A stretch of 64,000 nucleotides of DNA from Nitrospira sp. (GCA_047150005.1 AP038806.1:1600001-1664000), one strand, 5' to 3'. Positions 1 to 10,499 are shown, numbered from the stretch's first letter. The notes: generated from the sequence alone by a model not told the origin. Program-made: numbers and translations.

Positions 1-1683
1 CTCGATCAGATCCGGACTGCCGGCATCGCCGTGGTCGAGAGGCTTATAGGCTGCGGCGAGGATGCGCAGTGCCTCATGGGCGAGCAAGGCATTCGCGTCG
101 AGTACAGCCCGACGGCCTTGCTCGTCCATCGGTTCAATGGAACCCTCCAGCGTCATGCGCGCGGCGCAAAGAGCCAGCAAGACATCCGGCGCTCCTTTTG
201 CGAACACGATTCGGTCGCGGTCCCTTTGCCGGATGACGCTCATCATCTTCCGTTCGGAGTCGAAGGGTATCTCGGCGTGGAATGGGGCCGCACGTTCGAG
301 ATCCTCCTTCGCCAATCCCGCCTTGGCCGCCACGACCAGCAGTGCGCCATCGGTTGGATCACCGATGATTCTCCAGGTGTCATCCTCCTTCGCCAATGCG
401 GCTCCGTTGCAAAGCAGACCGGCTTTCAGAAGATGCCGGAGGCCGGCCGGCAGCGCTGAGTGTTGAGTGCTGGGTGCTGAGTGTTCCCGAGAGGAGACAC
501 CTTTGGGGTCCGACCACTCAGGACTCAACACTCGCGTCTCAGGACGCGCTTCTCGTATGTCTCCGGTCGGCTCGTACCCCTCTCCCGTCACCTCGAAGAG
601 GCGGCCGTCCATGACCAGCCGAGTCACAGTCAGCTCGTTCTTGGTGAGCGTACCGGTCTTGTCCGTGCAGATGACGGTTGATGAGCCGAGCGTCTCGACA
701 GCGGGTAAATTCCGGATCAGGGCATGCCGCTTCACCATACGGGTGACGCCCAGGGCCAGCGTGATCGTCACGACTGCAGGTAGCCCTTCAGGCACGGCCG
801 CCACGGCGAGACTTACGGAGGTCAGGAACATCTCGACGAGCGGCACCCCGCGAATGTAACCGAGGGCAAAGACAACCGTCACCACCGCGAGCGCCAGCCA
901 GAGCAACGTGTAACCGAACTGGTCCAACCTCCGCTGGAGTGGCGTTTCTCTCCGTTCTGCGGATTCCGCTTCCTGGATCATCGAGGAGATCCGGCCCAGT
1001 TCCGTTTTCATGCCTGTTGCCACGACCAGGGCCCGTGCCTTCCCTGACACGGCGGTCGTGCCCAAGAATGTCATGTTGCGCCGGTCGGCGACCGGCACGT
1101 CGGACAGGCCGAGCCAACACCAATCCTTCGGAACCGCTGTGGATTCGCCGGTCAGGGATGCTTCCTGAACCTGAAAATTGGCGGTGGTGTAGATCAGGCG
1201 GCCATCGGCGGGAATCCTGTCTCCTGCCTCGATCTGGATCACATCGCCGGGAACCAGGTCCCGAGCGGGGATGGTTTGGAGTGCGCCGTCCCGGATGGCG
1301 CGCGAGGTCGCGACGGACAATTTGCGCAGCGCAGCCAAGGACCGTTCCGCCCGGAATTCCTGCACGAAACCCAGGAGGCCGTTCAGCACGACGATGGCGA
1401 GGATAGCCGCCGTATCCAACCAGTCTTCCAGGAGACCGGACACCACCGCCGCGGCGATCAGGACCCAGATGATGATGCCGGTGAATTGGGAGAGGAGGAT
1501 CGTCAGCCAGGAAACCGGTGTGGCTTCTGGCAGTTCGTTCCATCCGGATCGAGCCCGCCTCCGCTCCACCTCCCGCGCGGCCAGGCCCATGTCGATGTCG
1601 GCTTTCAGCGCCGACGCCAGTTCATCAACCAGTCTGGCGTGCCATCGTTCGAGGGGCCGTGTCGTGCGATCCGGTTCAGCCAT
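1..1683 (-). CDS. Cation-transporting P-type ATPase (P2A/Ca2+-type, CtpF-like); 3' part runs off the window
   Basis: Manually translated from ATG at 1683; open to position 1; motifs [35 protein letters not shown]. Absent from the ORF track because there is no stop in the window. Confidence 0.93.
   Translation of the reverse strand, partial: MAEPDRTTRPLERWHARLVDELASALKADIDMGLAAREVERRRARSGWNELPEATPVSWLTILLSQFTGIIIWVLIAAAVVSGLLEDWLDTAAILAIVVLNGLLGFVQEFRAERSLAALRKLSVATSRAIRDGALQTIPARDLVPGDVIQIEAGDRIPADGRLIYTTANFQVQEASLTGESTAVPKDWCWLGLSDVPVADRRNMTFLGTTAVSGKARALVVATGMKTELGRISSMIQEAESAERRETPLQRRLDQFGYTLLWLALAVVTVVFALGYIRGVPLVEMFLTSVSLAVAAVPEGLPAVVTITLALGVTRMVKRHALIRNLPAVETLGSSTVICTDKTGTLTKNELTVTRLVMDGRLFEVTGEGYEPTGDIREARPETRVLSPEWSDPKGVSSREHSAPSTQHSALPAGLRHLLKAGLLCNGAALAKEDDTWRIIGDPTDGALLVVAAKAGLAKEDLERAAPFHAEIPFDSERKMMSVIRQRDRDRIVFAKGAPDVLLALCAARMTLEGSIEPMDEQGRRAVLDANALLAHEALRILAAAYKPLDHGDAGSPDLIE
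457..548. repeat. Heptamer-periodic inverted repeat inserted in frame in the ATPase
   Basis: TGAGTGT-TGAGTGC-TGGGTGC-TGAGTGT ... CCACTCA-GGACTCA-ACACTCG-CGTCTCA. Confidence 0.75.
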
Positions 1684-1776
1684 GGTCTGCTGAAAACGAG
1701 GGCCAATGTGGCATTGTCGTTGGCGGGTATCACTGCGCGCAAGCGTGAGGAGCGAGGATTGCGAGTCCGCTCCGCA

Positions 1777-4700
1777 TTACACCCACTGGGGCGCCATTTC
1801 TTTCGACACCGGTTCACCGCCAAACCGGTGGTAGAGGACCGGCAGCACCACAAGCGTCAGGAACGTCGAGCTGAACAGGCCGCCAATCACGACGGTCGCC
1901 AGCGGCCGCTGGACCTCCGCGCCGATTCCTTGAGCCAGTGCCAGGGGCAGCAGGCCGAGCAGAGTGGTCATCATGGTCATGACGACCGGGCGCAACCGCA
2001 GTGTGCAACCGGTCACGATAGCCTCCTCCGTCGGCTTGCCCTCCTGGCGCAGTTGATTGATATAGGACACCAGGACGATCCCGTTCCCGACCGCGAGTCC
2101 GAACAGCTCGATGAAACCGATGGATGCCGGTACGCTCAAGTACTGATCACTGAGCCAGAGTGACACGACGCCGCCGACCAAGGCAAACGGCAGGTTCAGG
2201 ATGATTAAGGTCGCATGCCGGAGCGAATGGAATGCCCAGAAGAGCAGAAAGTACACGAGTCCCAGCGTGATCGGCACGACGATCAGCAGGCGCGCATTGG
2301 CGCGCTCCATGTTCTCGAAAGCCCCTCCCCATGTGATGGTGTAGCCCTCCGGCAAACGGACCTTTTCCACCAGTCGCTTGCGCCCTTCATCCACCACCCC
2401 TCCGATGTCGCGCCCGACCACATTGAAGCCGATATAGATGCGGCGCTTCACTTCCTGGCGGCTGATTCGCAGCGGCCCATCCCGCATTTCGATTTTCGCC
2501 AGATCGTGCATGGGGATCAGGGCGCCGGAGACCGCTTTGACGCGAATGTTCCCGATGGTTCCCACGCTGTTACGGGCCGATTCGGGAAATCGCAGGACCA
2601 GCTGGAATCGCCGCTCGCCTTCGTAGACCTCCGTGGCGCGCTTCCCGCCGATCGCCGTCTCGACGAGGTCCTGTACGTCGGCCACGTTGATGCCGTAGCG
2701 CGCGATCTTCTGTCGATCGATGTCGATGGTCAGGTAAGGCTGTCCGGCGATCTGTTCGACTTTCACGTCCTTGACGCCCCGGATCATCCGCATCGCGGCC
2801 GCGATCTCTTCCGCCTTCTCGTGGAGCACGCCCAGATCCGGTCCGAACAGCTTGATCGCGCATTCGGTCCGAATACCGGAAATCAGTTCGTCGACACGCT
2901 CCTGGATCGGCTGGCTCATGAGGACGGAGATCCCGGGTATCTCCCCCAATTTGCGTCTGATCGCGTCCGTCAATTCCGGTTGCGACTTTGCGGTGGTCCA
3001 GGTGCGGCGCTCCCGCAGAGAAACGATCGGGTCGCTCTCGTTCGGTTCCTCAGGGCCGACTGCGATGTCGGGCCGTCCAATCTTGCTCACAGCCGTGCGG
3101 ACCTCCGGAAACTCGAGTATCGCCTTGTGGACCTGCTTTTCCATCTCGATGGATTCGGAAAGGGAGACACTGGGCAGCCGGACGATCTGCGGCGTCAAGG
3201 CGCCTTCCTCCAGGATCGGAATGAATTCCCGTCCGATGCGCGGCACGAGGAGCAAGCTGAGCAGCACGAACGCCGCCGAGCCGATCAGCACGGGTCCGCG
3301 GCGCCGGAGCGACCATTCCAAGACCGGCTGGTATCGACGCTTCATCCAGCGGGTCAGGCGCGTGTCTTCGGGATAGTCGCCTCGCAGCATCAACGACGCC
3401 AGGGCCGGCGAGAGCGTCAGCGTCACGACGACCGACAACAAGAGGGCGATGACCAGCGTGTAGGCCAACGGAGCGAACATCTTGCCTTCCATGCCGTGAA
3501 GCGTCATGAGCGGCAGGAAGACGACGCTGATGATGAGAATGCCGAACAAGATCGGACGCCCCACTTCTTTCGTTGCCTGCAAGACGACGTCCAGCGTGCT
3601 GCGCCCGCTATGACGATGGAGGGCGAGATGGCGATAGACGTTTTCCACGACGACCAGTGAACCGTCTGCAACCTCGCCGATCGCGATGGCCAGACCGCCC
3701 AAGGTCATGAGATTCGCTGAGAGTCCCAGGCATTGCATGGCGATGAACGTCACCAGGGGGGTCACGATCAATGTGACGGTCACGATGGCCGCGCTCCGCG
3801 CGTGGTCCAGGAAGAAAATAAAGACCAGCACCACGAGGAGAATCCCCTCAATCAAGGCATCCCTCACCGTATTGACCGCAGCGGTCACAAGCTCGATCCG
3901 GTCGTAGAACGGCACGATCTTCGTGTCCGGAGGAAGGACTCGCTCACGGTGCAGTTCGAGCACCTTATCGGACACCGCTTCGACGACCTGCCGCGCGTTG
4001 CCTCCGCGAAGCATGAGGACCGTCCCGGTCACCACTTCGCGTTCGCCGTTGAGAACGGCGGCGCCGTGACGCACCGCATGTCCGATCCGCACCTCGGCGA
4101 GGTCCCTCACGAAGACCGGTGTGCCGTGCGACTCCTTGACGACGATGGACTCGATGTCGCCGACCGTCTTGATCAGACCGAGTCCGCGAACGATGGAGCG
4201 TTCCGCGTGACGCTCCAGGATATTGCCGCCGGCGTTGGCATTGTTCCTCGCCACCGCTTCAAAAATGTCGCTCAGTGTCAGGTCGTATTTTCTCAGCTTC
4301 GAGGGATCGACCAGGATTTGATACTGCTTGACGAATCCCCCGAGCCCGTTGACGTCGATGACGCCCGGCACGCTCTTGAACAGCGGGCGCAGCACCCAGT
4401 CCTGCAGGGTCCGCTGCTCGGTCAATTCTGCTTCGACCGTGGCGGGATCGGTCTCGTGCGCGCGCGGTCCTTCCAGATAGTATTGGTAGATTTCCCCGAG
4501 GCCCGTGCTGACCGGCGCCATCACCGGCTCGATGCCCTGGGGCAGACGCTCTTTGGCCGCCATCATCCGCTCGAGGACCAACTGGCGCGCAAAATACACA
4601 TCGACGTCGTCCTGAAAAACGACCGTCACCTGGGAGAGACCGAACTTGGACAGAGACCGAATTTCGTCGAGACCCGGCAGACCGGTCATCTGCAGTTCCA

Positions 4701-4905
4701 ACGGATAGGTAATGAACCGCTCGATCTCGACCGGCGACAGACCCCCCGCTTCCGCGAGGATCTGGACCTGGACGTTCGTGACGTCGGGGTACGCGTCGAT
4801 TGGAATGGATTGAAAGGTCGCGACACCGGCGACGGAGAGCACACAGGCGAGGCCCAGCACCGGAATCCGCTGACGAAGCGAAAACTCCAGAAGAGATCCA
4901 ATCAT
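1777..4905 (-). CDS. czcA: CusA/CzcA family heavy-metal efflux RND permease
   Basis: MIGSLLEFSLRQR start with ATGA overlap on the adaptor stop; IDAYPDVTNVQVQI, ANLMTLGGLAIAIG, RLRPVVMT, GAEVQRPLATVVIGG; ~1042 aa. Confidence 0.93.
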   Translation of the reverse strand: MIGSLLEFSLRQRIPVLGLACVLSVAGVATFQSIPIDAYPDVTNVQVQILAEAGGLSPVEIERFITYPLELQMTGLPGLDEIRSLSKFGLSQVTVVFQDDVDVYFARQLVLERMMAAKERLPQGIEPVMAPVSTGLGEIYQYYLEGPRAHETDPATVEAELTEQRTLQDWVLRPLFKSVPGVIDVNGLGGFVKQYQILVDPSKLRKYDLTLSDIFEAVARNNANAGGNILERHAERSIVRGLGLIKTVGDIESIVVKESHGTPVFVRDLAEVRIGHAVRHGAAVLNGEREVVTGTVLMLRGGNARQVVEAVSDKVLELHRERVLPPDTKIVPFYDRIELVTAAVNTVRDALIEGILLVVLVFIFFLDHARSAAIVTVTLIVTPLVTFIAMQCLGLSANLMTLGGLAIAIGEVADGSLVVVENVYRHLALHRHSGRSTLDVVLQATKEVGRPILFGILIISVVFLPLMTLHGMEGKMFAPLAYTLVIALLLSVVVTLTLSPALASLMLRGDYPEDTRLTRWMKRRYQPVLEWSLRRRGPVLIGSAAFVLLSLLLVPRIGREFIPILEEGALTPQIVRLPSVSLSESIEMEKQVHKAILEFPEVRTAVSKIGRPDIAVGPEEPNESDPIVSLRERRTWTTAKSQPELTDAIRRKLGEIPGISVLMSQPIQERVDELISGIRTECAIKLFGPDLGVLHEKAEEIAAAMRMIRGVKDVKVEQIAGQPYLTIDIDRQKIARYGINVADVQDLVETAIGGKRATEVYEGERRFQLVLRFPESARNSVGTIGNIRVKAVSGALIPMHDLAKIEMRDGPLRISRQEVKRRIYIGFNVVGRDIGGVVDEGRKRLVEKVRLPEGYTITWGGAFENMERANARLLIVVPITLGLVYFLLFWAFHSLRHATLIILNLPFALVGGVVSLWLSDQYLSVPASIGFIELFGLAVGNGIVLVSYINQLRQEGKPTEEAIVTGCTLRLRPVVMTMMTTLLGLLPLALAQGIGAEVQRPLATVVIGGLFSSTFLTLVVLPVLYHRFGGEPVSKEMAPQWV

Positions 4906-6110
4906 AACGCCGGCTCGATCTTGTGCCGCTCCAGCTCGGACTTGAGCACAAAGGATCCTTTGGTCACAACCGTCTCGCCGGCCTGCAGACCGTCGAGCAC
5001 GGTCACGACCTCTCCATACTCCTCGCCGAGCCGAACCGTTCTCGCTTCGAATTCTGAAGAGCTGCGCCGGATAAAGATCATTTTGCCGGCTGGACCGTTC
5101 TGGACGGCCGACAACGGAACAGTCAGCAGGTCGGGATCGGGAGCGGCATAGACCCGCACGAGCGCGTACATCTCCGGTTTCAGGCGCTTGTCGAGGTTGG
5201 AGGCCGTAACCCTGACCCGCAGAGTCCTGGTGGCCGGGTCCAGCAAGTCTCCCACATAGGTCACGGTGCCGCTGAAGAGGGTATGAGGATAGGCTGCGGC
5301 GATGATGTCCACGCTCTGGCCTTTCTGGATGTACTCGATGTCTTTCTCCGGAACTGCGGCGGTGACCCACACCTCAGACAGATCGGCGACGGTGAAGAGC
5401 TTCTGATTCGTCTCGACGACTTCGCCACGCGTGATGTTGCGCATGATCACGCGCCCATCGAACGGCGCGCGCAACGGCACGTGGGCTTTGATGGTGTGCT
5501 CGCGATCCAGGCGGTCAATCTCATGTCGCGGGACGCCGAGCAGATCGAGCCGGTTCCGAGATTCACGGACTTCGGCGTGTGCAGTTCGCATTTCCGCCTC
5601 TCGGCGCTGTAACTCCGCCAGACTCACCGCCCGCGCTTCGTGCAGTTCCTTCGCTCGCTGATAAGACAGGTCCGCTTCATACAAACGGGCCGTCGCCTTC
5701 AAGTACGCCCCCTCCGCCAATCCGAGATCGGTGCTGTGCAACAGCGCGAGGAGATCATCCTTTTTGATATCCGCGCCGACGTCCACATGCACTTTGACAA
5801 CGCGACCTCGGATCAACGTCGTCACCTCGGCCAATTCGTTTTCGTTGGGTTGAATCGTTGCGGGAAACTCGCGGGACACGCGGATAGATCCGCGCACGGC
5901 CGGCGCAACCTCAATGGACGTTCTCGCCAGTTCGTCCGCGGTCAAACTCACGAGGCCGACGGGCGCCCGGGGCGGCCGTGATGTCGCCGTCGTGGCCGAT
6001 GAACCGTCTCGCGCCTCGTTCCCGCATGCCGCAAGCCAGAGCGTGACGCCTAACGCTGCCAGCGCGACGCGTGCGTGGCGACCGAACCGTCTGTGAAATC
6101 TCCGGTTCAA
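4902..6110 (-). CDS. czcB: Efflux RND periplasmic adaptor (CzcB-like), lipoprotein
   Basis: LAAC lipobox, biotinyl-lipoyl and hairpin pattern (LRAPFDGRV, VADLSEVWV, LDPATRTLRVR). Start uncertain (TTG 6110 or 6179). Confidence 0.88.
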   Translation of the reverse strand: MNRRFHRRFGRHARVALAALGVTLWLAACGNEARDGSSATTATSRPPRAPVGLVSLTADELARTSIEVAPAVRGSIRVSREFPATIQPNENELAEVTTLIRGRVVKVHVDVGADIKKDDLLALLHSTDLGLAEGAYLKATARLYEADLSYQRAKELHEARAVSLAELQRREAEMRTAHAEVRESRNRLDLLGVPRHEIDRLDREHTIKAHVPLRAPFDGRVIMRNITRGEVVETNQKLFTVADLSEVWVTAAVPEKDIEYIQKGQSVDIIAAAYPHTLFSGTVTYVGDLLDPATRTLRVRVTASNLDKRLKPEMYALVRVYAAPDPDLLTVPLSAVQNGPAGKMIFIRRSSSEFEARTVRLGEEYGEVVTVLDGLQAGETVVTKGSFVLKSELERHKIEPAL

Positions 6111-6352
6111 CGGGAAACACTCCCAGCCAAGAGGTGTGCTGCCCGCTCGTTCGTATACCGTCTCCCCGAATATCAGCACGAGATATGCCTGTCAAGCCCG
6201 TGGACTTGCAGGCAAGCAGACGATTGCCGTGGCGATTTGCCACGGTCGGGCTTCTCTTGATGTGGTGAAAGGCGACAGGCGAAAGTGTCCGGCAAGAATG
6301 AGGCGATTCCGCTCCCTGGTACGCGATACAGCCTCTCGTTCACGGGTGCATC

Positions 6353-6480
6353 ATGGACGTTCGCACGCAATTCCTTCCCTGACGAGCAGTCTGTCGAGGG
6401 CGAGTGTAAACGTCAGGCTGACGCCTTTCGCGATTGGGCCCATGTCCGGCGGAAGCTCCGGTTGTCCTGCCGCGAGTGGC
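6353..6480 (+). pseudogene. Decayed duplicate of the 5' end of the downstream GST gene
   Basis: ATG GAC GTT CGC ACG CAA TTC(C TTC) CCT GAC GAG CAG... aligns with 6583-6705 with two frameshifts. Confidence 0.75.
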
Positions 6481-6582
6481 TTCGAATGCACGTGGGACCG
6501 GACTCCATGCGATCCGGCACATCTTGCAGTCTAGAATTATGGTAAAAGACAAGAACCACTGGTTGTTTCCTACGGGAGTGCC

Positions 6583-7536
6583 ATGACCGGTCGCGCGCAA
6601 TTCCCTGATGAACAGTCGGAGGCCGGCGAATTCAAACGGCAGGCGGACGCCTTTCGCCATTGGGTCACGGCCGACGGAAGCATCGGGTATCCTGCCGCAA
6701 GCGGCCGGTATCACTTGTATGTGTCCTGGGCCTGTCCCTGGGCGCACCGCACCATCATCGTGCGCCGGCTCAAGAAGCTGGAATCCGTGATCGGCATGAC
6801 CGTGGTGGACCCGATCCGTGACGAGCGAGGGTGGGCCTTTCGCGAGGGGCCGGGCCATTCACTCGACAGCATCAACGAGTTTCAGTTCTTGAGTGAGGCG
6901 TATCGGGCGACGGATCCTCACTATCGGGGCCGTGTCACCGTGCCGGTCCTCTGGGACAGGGTGACCAAACGGATCGTCAGCAATTCGGACGACGATCTGA
7001 TGCGGATGTTCAATCAGGCGTTCGATCGATTGGCGGACAGCCGGATCGATCTCTATCCGGAGCGTCTTCAGAGGGAGATCGACGATCTCAACGATTTCAT
7101 CTATGAGAACGTGAACGACGGAGTCTATCGCGCGGGATTCGCCACCTCCCAGCGGGTCTACGAAAAGGCCGTGCGACGCCTATTCGACGCGCTGGACCAA
7201 CTGGACGACCGTCTGAAAACCAGCCGCTACCTCTTTGGAAATACCTTCGTCGAAACGGATTGGCGCCTGTTCGTGACGCTCATCCGGTTCGATGCCGTGT
7301 ACCACGGCCATTTCAAATGCAACATGCGGCGAATCATCGACTATCCCAACCTGTTTGCCTATCTCAAGGACCTCTATCAGACCGACGGCATCGCCGATAC
7401 CGTCAATTTCGACCACATCAAGCGGCACTACTACATCACCCACGACGATATCAATCCGACGCGGATCGTACCGGTCGGTCCCCTTCAAGAGCTGACCTCG
7501 CCACACGGCCGCGAACGACTCGCTCCGGCGCCCTGA
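6583..7536 (+). CDS. yqjG: Glutathionyl-hydroquinone reductase (Xi/omega-class GST)
   Basis: RYHLYVSWACPWAHRT, VTVPVLWD, NDGVYRAGFA, TLIRFDAVY, HIKRHYY, NPTRIVP. Confidence 0.92.
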   Translation: MTGRAQFPDEQSEAGEFKRQADAFRHWVTADGSIGYPAASGRYHLYVSWACPWAHRTIIVRRLKKLESVIGMTVVDPIRDERGWAFREGPGHSLDSINEFQFLSEAYRATDPHYRGRVTVPVLWDRVTKRIVSNSDDDLMRMFNQAFDRLADSRIDLYPERLQREIDDLNDFIYENVNDGVYRAGFATSQRVYEKAVRRLFDALDQLDDRLKTSRYLFGNTFVETDWRLFVTLIRFDAVYHGHFKCNMRRIIDYPNLFAYLKDLYQTDGIADTVNFDHIKRHYYITHDDINPTRIVPVGPLQELTSPHGRERLAPAP

Positions 7537-7688
7537 AACAGGATAGGTAGCATATCGGGTCAGGTCGCCCGGGGCCTGTTGTCCCATTCCGCTACGGTGC
7601 TCCGTCGTACACTTCCCGGCTCCGTTGTGTCGCGCCGCCAACCACTCTATTCTCCGCCGGTTTGTTGTGGCCGGTTCGGTCGCGCCGA

Positions 7689-7704
7689 TGGCACTCCGCT
7701 TGCG
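7689..7704 (+). promoter_or_regulatory. Sigma54-type -24/-12 promoter candidate
   Basis: TGGCAC-TCCGC-TTGC, exact GG-N10-GC spacing, upstream of the ybaK-like gene. Confidence 0.55.
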
Positions 7705-7814
7705 AGCCGTTTGAACTATGGCGGCGGAAGCGGCGTTGACAACCTATTGATCCGCACGCCCAGGCGGACGGGTAACACATCGGCATTTTCAATAGCCTGC
7801 TCAGGGAGGACGCC

Positions 7815-8300
7815 ATGATCATCCACAAGAGACTGCAAAGCTATTTGGACAGCCAGAAGGTCCCTTACCAGATCGTGAATCACTCGGTCGCCTATACCGC
7901 ACAAGAGGCGGCGGAGAGTCTTCACGTTCCGGGAAATCTGTTCGCGAAGGTCGTGGTCGTGAAGGCAGGCGAACGGTTCGTGATGCTGGTCCTGTCCTCC
8001 AACTGGAGGGTGGATCTTAAACATGTGGCAGACATCCTGGGATGTCCTCACGTGCGGCTGGCGACGGAGGAGGAGTTAGCCCATCTCTTCCCCGATTGCG
8101 AAATCGGCTCGATGCCGCCTTTCGGGAATCTCTACGGCATGTCGGTCTATGTCGATGGACTGCTGACGAGCGACGAGGTGGTTTTCTTCGACGCCGGCAC
8201 TCATGTGGGAGCGATCAAGCTGCGGTATCGGGATTTCGCCGAGCTGGTCCATCCGCAGGTGGCGGAGTTTCACCGGGAGCCGACGAAGCTGGAATGCTAG
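7815..8300 (+). CDS. YbaK/EbsC family aminoacyl-tRNA deacylase
   Basis: AKVVVVK, LATEEEL, FPDCEIGSMPPFG, FDAGTH. Confidence 0.87.
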   Translation: MIIHKRLQSYLDSQKVPYQIVNHSVAYTAQEAAESLHVPGNLFAKVVVVKAGERFVMLVLSSNWRVDLKHVADILGCPHVRLATEEELAHLFPDCEIGSMPPFGNLYGMSVYVDGLLTSDEVVFFDAGTHVGAIKLRYRDFAELVHPQVAEFHREPTKLEC

Positions 8301-8472
8301 CCGGCGGGCGCCTTCGCGCTTCGCGTTGATACCTCCCGAAGCGATCCCTCCGGGCTCGGCCGGGCGGAACTACCGCGCGGGTGGCTCTCTGGCTTTCCCC
8401 GCGCTGCCTTCTGGAATTCTCTCGGGCACGGTTGTTCCAACCGTGCCTCCTCGGTCAGTTCCAGGTTTCCCT

Positions 8473-8805
8473 CTCTTCAAGCAGTTTCTTTCTGATCGCT
8501 ATGCGGGAAAAATCCAAGATTACTCAGGAGAAAAGGTCGTGTACCTGGGTGAGCGGCTGGAAGGTCAATATGCCGAGGTGCGCACCAAGTTTATATCCAG
8601 CAAAACCGAATATCCCTTGGATTATCGCCTCATCAATAGGGAAGGCCGGTGGTACGCCTACGACATCATCGCGGACGGCATCAGCCTTGTGAAGAATTAC
8701 AGAAGTCAGTTCGAGAAGATCTTGCGGACCGGCTCGTATCAGGACCTCATCGCGCGCCTGCGCGATCGCTCAGTGCCGGATGAACGAAAAGGTAAGCCTT
8801 CATAG
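8473..8805 (+). pseudogene. C-terminal fragment of an MlaC/Ttg2D phospholipid-binding protein
   Basis: LDYRL...WYAYDIIADGISLVKNYRSQF motif; no signal peptide or N-terminal half upstream. Confidence 0.7.
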
Positions 8806-8865
8806 TGAGCGGGGGTGCGAGCACACTTGGGCTGCCCGACGACAGGACCCGCGCCGCTCCACTCT

Positions 8866-9453
8866 CTACTTCGCCAATATCCCCAATCCCCGCACTTCAT
8901 CCAGCCATCTCATCCGTTGCTTCTCGGTCATTCCCTCGATGTTCCCGATGAGCGTGGACTTGATCGGGCTGATCCCGCAGAAGCCGAGGAGGTTGCGTTT
9001 GAAACTTTTCACGCTGTGCGAGAAAAAGATCCAGCGATAGACCAAGGTCGGCATGCCCATGGTGACGATGATGCGGGCGGATTTGCCCGTGAGCAGTTTC
9101 TTTGCCATCCCGCCGGAGTTCTGATATTCGAACGCAAATCCGGGACGGAACGTCTGTTCGAGAAACCCTTTCAGCAGCGCGGGCATCGAGCCGAGCCAGA
9201 GCGGATAGAAGATGACCAGATGGTCTGCCCGTCTGATCAAATCCTGCGCCTGTTGGATCGAGTCGGGCGGAGTCCCCTTCTCAAAGTCTTCCTTCGTGCG
9301 AAGAAGCGGAAACTCAATCCTAGCCACCTCGATTCGTGTCACGTCATGCCCGCCATCTTGGCCGCCTTTGGCATATTCGTCAGCCAGCGCATGGCCGAAA
9401 TGGCGCGTCTGCGCATCCGGGTGACCTTGAAGGATGACGATGCGTTTGACCAT
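8866..9453 (-). CDS. NAD(P)H-dependent oxidoreductase, flavodoxin-like fold
   Basis: IVILQGHPD, YPLWLGSMPALLKGFLE, LLTGKSARIIVTMG. Confidence 0.88.
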   Translation of the reverse strand: MVKRIVILQGHPDAQTRHFGHALADEYAKGGQDGGHDVTRIEVARIEFPLLRTKEDFEKGTPPDSIQQAQDLIRRADHLVIFYPLWLGSMPALLKGFLEQTFRPGFAFEYQNSGGMAKKLLTGKSARIIVTMGMPTLVYRWIFFSHSVKSFKRNLLGFCGISPIKSTLIGNIEGMTEKQRMRWLDEVRGLGILAK

Positions 9454-9460
9454 CGGCGCC

Positions 9461-10012
9461 TTAGAACAATGGATGATGAGGGGCGCTGGCCGGTGGAGCG
9501 ACAGGAGAAGTACCCTCCACATTGCCAAGAAACTTCCATCCGTCCTGTTCTTTGACAAGGGAATGCACTTCGCCCGCCCAGCTGTCGATGGTGACGGGCT
9601 TTCCCGTCCCCTTCTCAACCCCGTACAACCCGCCCGCGCAGGTGACATAGGCTTTCTTGACGGAGCCGGTCCGAACCACCTTGAGTTCCGTGAACACGTG
9701 CCTGGACATGATCTGCTCATAGTGGCTGAACACTTCATCCCACACGCGGCGGACATCCACTCGCTTCAAGCCATGATAGTTATAGTCTTTCGCATAGAAT
9801 TGCATCAGTGCTTCGAGATCGGCATGTTGCAGCGCGACCTCCGCCCGATCGAAGGCTCCGGCCAGTTCCTTCATGACCGTCCCATCTGCCGCTGCGACCG
9901 CTCCTTGTGCAATCTCAACTGCTGCGGCCGAAGGGGTCGGGTGATGGCAGCGGCCGACCAGCAGACATCCAGTCAGCAGGACAGTTGCGACGAGTGTGTT
10001 GACCCCCTTCAT
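9461..10012 (-). CDS. Exported NTF2/SnoaL-like protein
   Basis: Signal-like N-terminus; ADLEALMQFYAKDY ... LVKEQDGWK pattern. Confidence 0.6.
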   Translation of the reverse strand: MKGVNTLVATVLLTGCLLVGRCHHPTPSAAAVEIAQGAVAAADGTVMKELAGAFDRAEVALQHADLEALMQFYAKDYNYHGLKRVDVRRVWDEVFSHYEQIMSRHVFTELKVVRTGSVKKAYVTCAGGLYGVEKGTGKPVTIDSWAGEVHSLVKEQDGWKFLGNVEGTSPVAPPASAPHHPLF

Positions 10013-10026
10013 GATCGTCGAAATGA

Positions 10027-10042
10027 CGCAATCGCGATGCCA
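10027..10042 (-). promoter_or_regulatory. Sigma54-type promoter candidate
   Basis: Minus strand TGGCAT-CGCGA-TTGC just upstream of the gene starting at 10012. Confidence 0.5.
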
Positions 10043-10298
10043 TGGCTGTCCGCGCAGTATTTCTCCCATAGGGTATGTGCGATGACGCCTAACTCCCCAC
10101 CGGATTCTCGCAGTTTGCTGCGATACACTACGCCTCCTGGAGTTCTGGGGCCTTAGTTCAACGAATCAGAACAGGCATATCTCATGCACTTCCCGTACAG
10201 AGCAATTCCGGACAGGAAGAAACACGTGGGAACCGTCGATCCTGTTGTGTGGAACCGGCCCATACGCAGCAATCAGCCGTTAACCGGAGGAGGACGCC

Positions 10299-10499
10299 AT
10301 GTCCGTTGCAAAGATCATCGAAATCAGCTCGGAATCCACAAAAAGCTTTGAGGATGCCATCGTGCAAGGCATCGCCAAGGCATCCAAGACCGTGCATGGC
10401 ATCAAATCGGCCTGGATCAAGGAACAGCACGTCGTGGTCGAGAACGGCAAGGTCGACCTCTACCGCGTGGATCTGAAGGTGACGTTCGTTCTCGATTGA
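10299..10499 (+). CDS. Dodecin family flavin-binding protein
   Basis: 66 aa; SVAKIIEISSESTKSFEDAI...YRVDLKVTF; GGAGGA RBS. Confidence 0.88.
   Translation: MSVAKIIEISSESTKSFEDAIVQGIAKASKTVHGIKSAWIKEQHVVVENGKVDLYRVDLKVTFVLD

Noticed and set aside
31..1693. Listed short ORFs on both strands
   Set aside because: Explained by the unlisted minus-strand P-type ATPase frame
2215..5151. Long plus-strand ORFs (481 and 472 aa), and similar ones at 38346, 46110 and 61947
   Set aside because: Antisense shadows of well-supported minus-strand genes in GC-rich DNA
4906..5370. N-terminal extension of the 1197-aa czcA ORF
   Set aside because: Overlaps czcB in another frame; the ATG at 4905 with ATGA coupling is the credible start
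7782..7801. IS-end-like GGCATTTTCAATAGCCTGCT
   Set aside because: No matching partner end or transposase found
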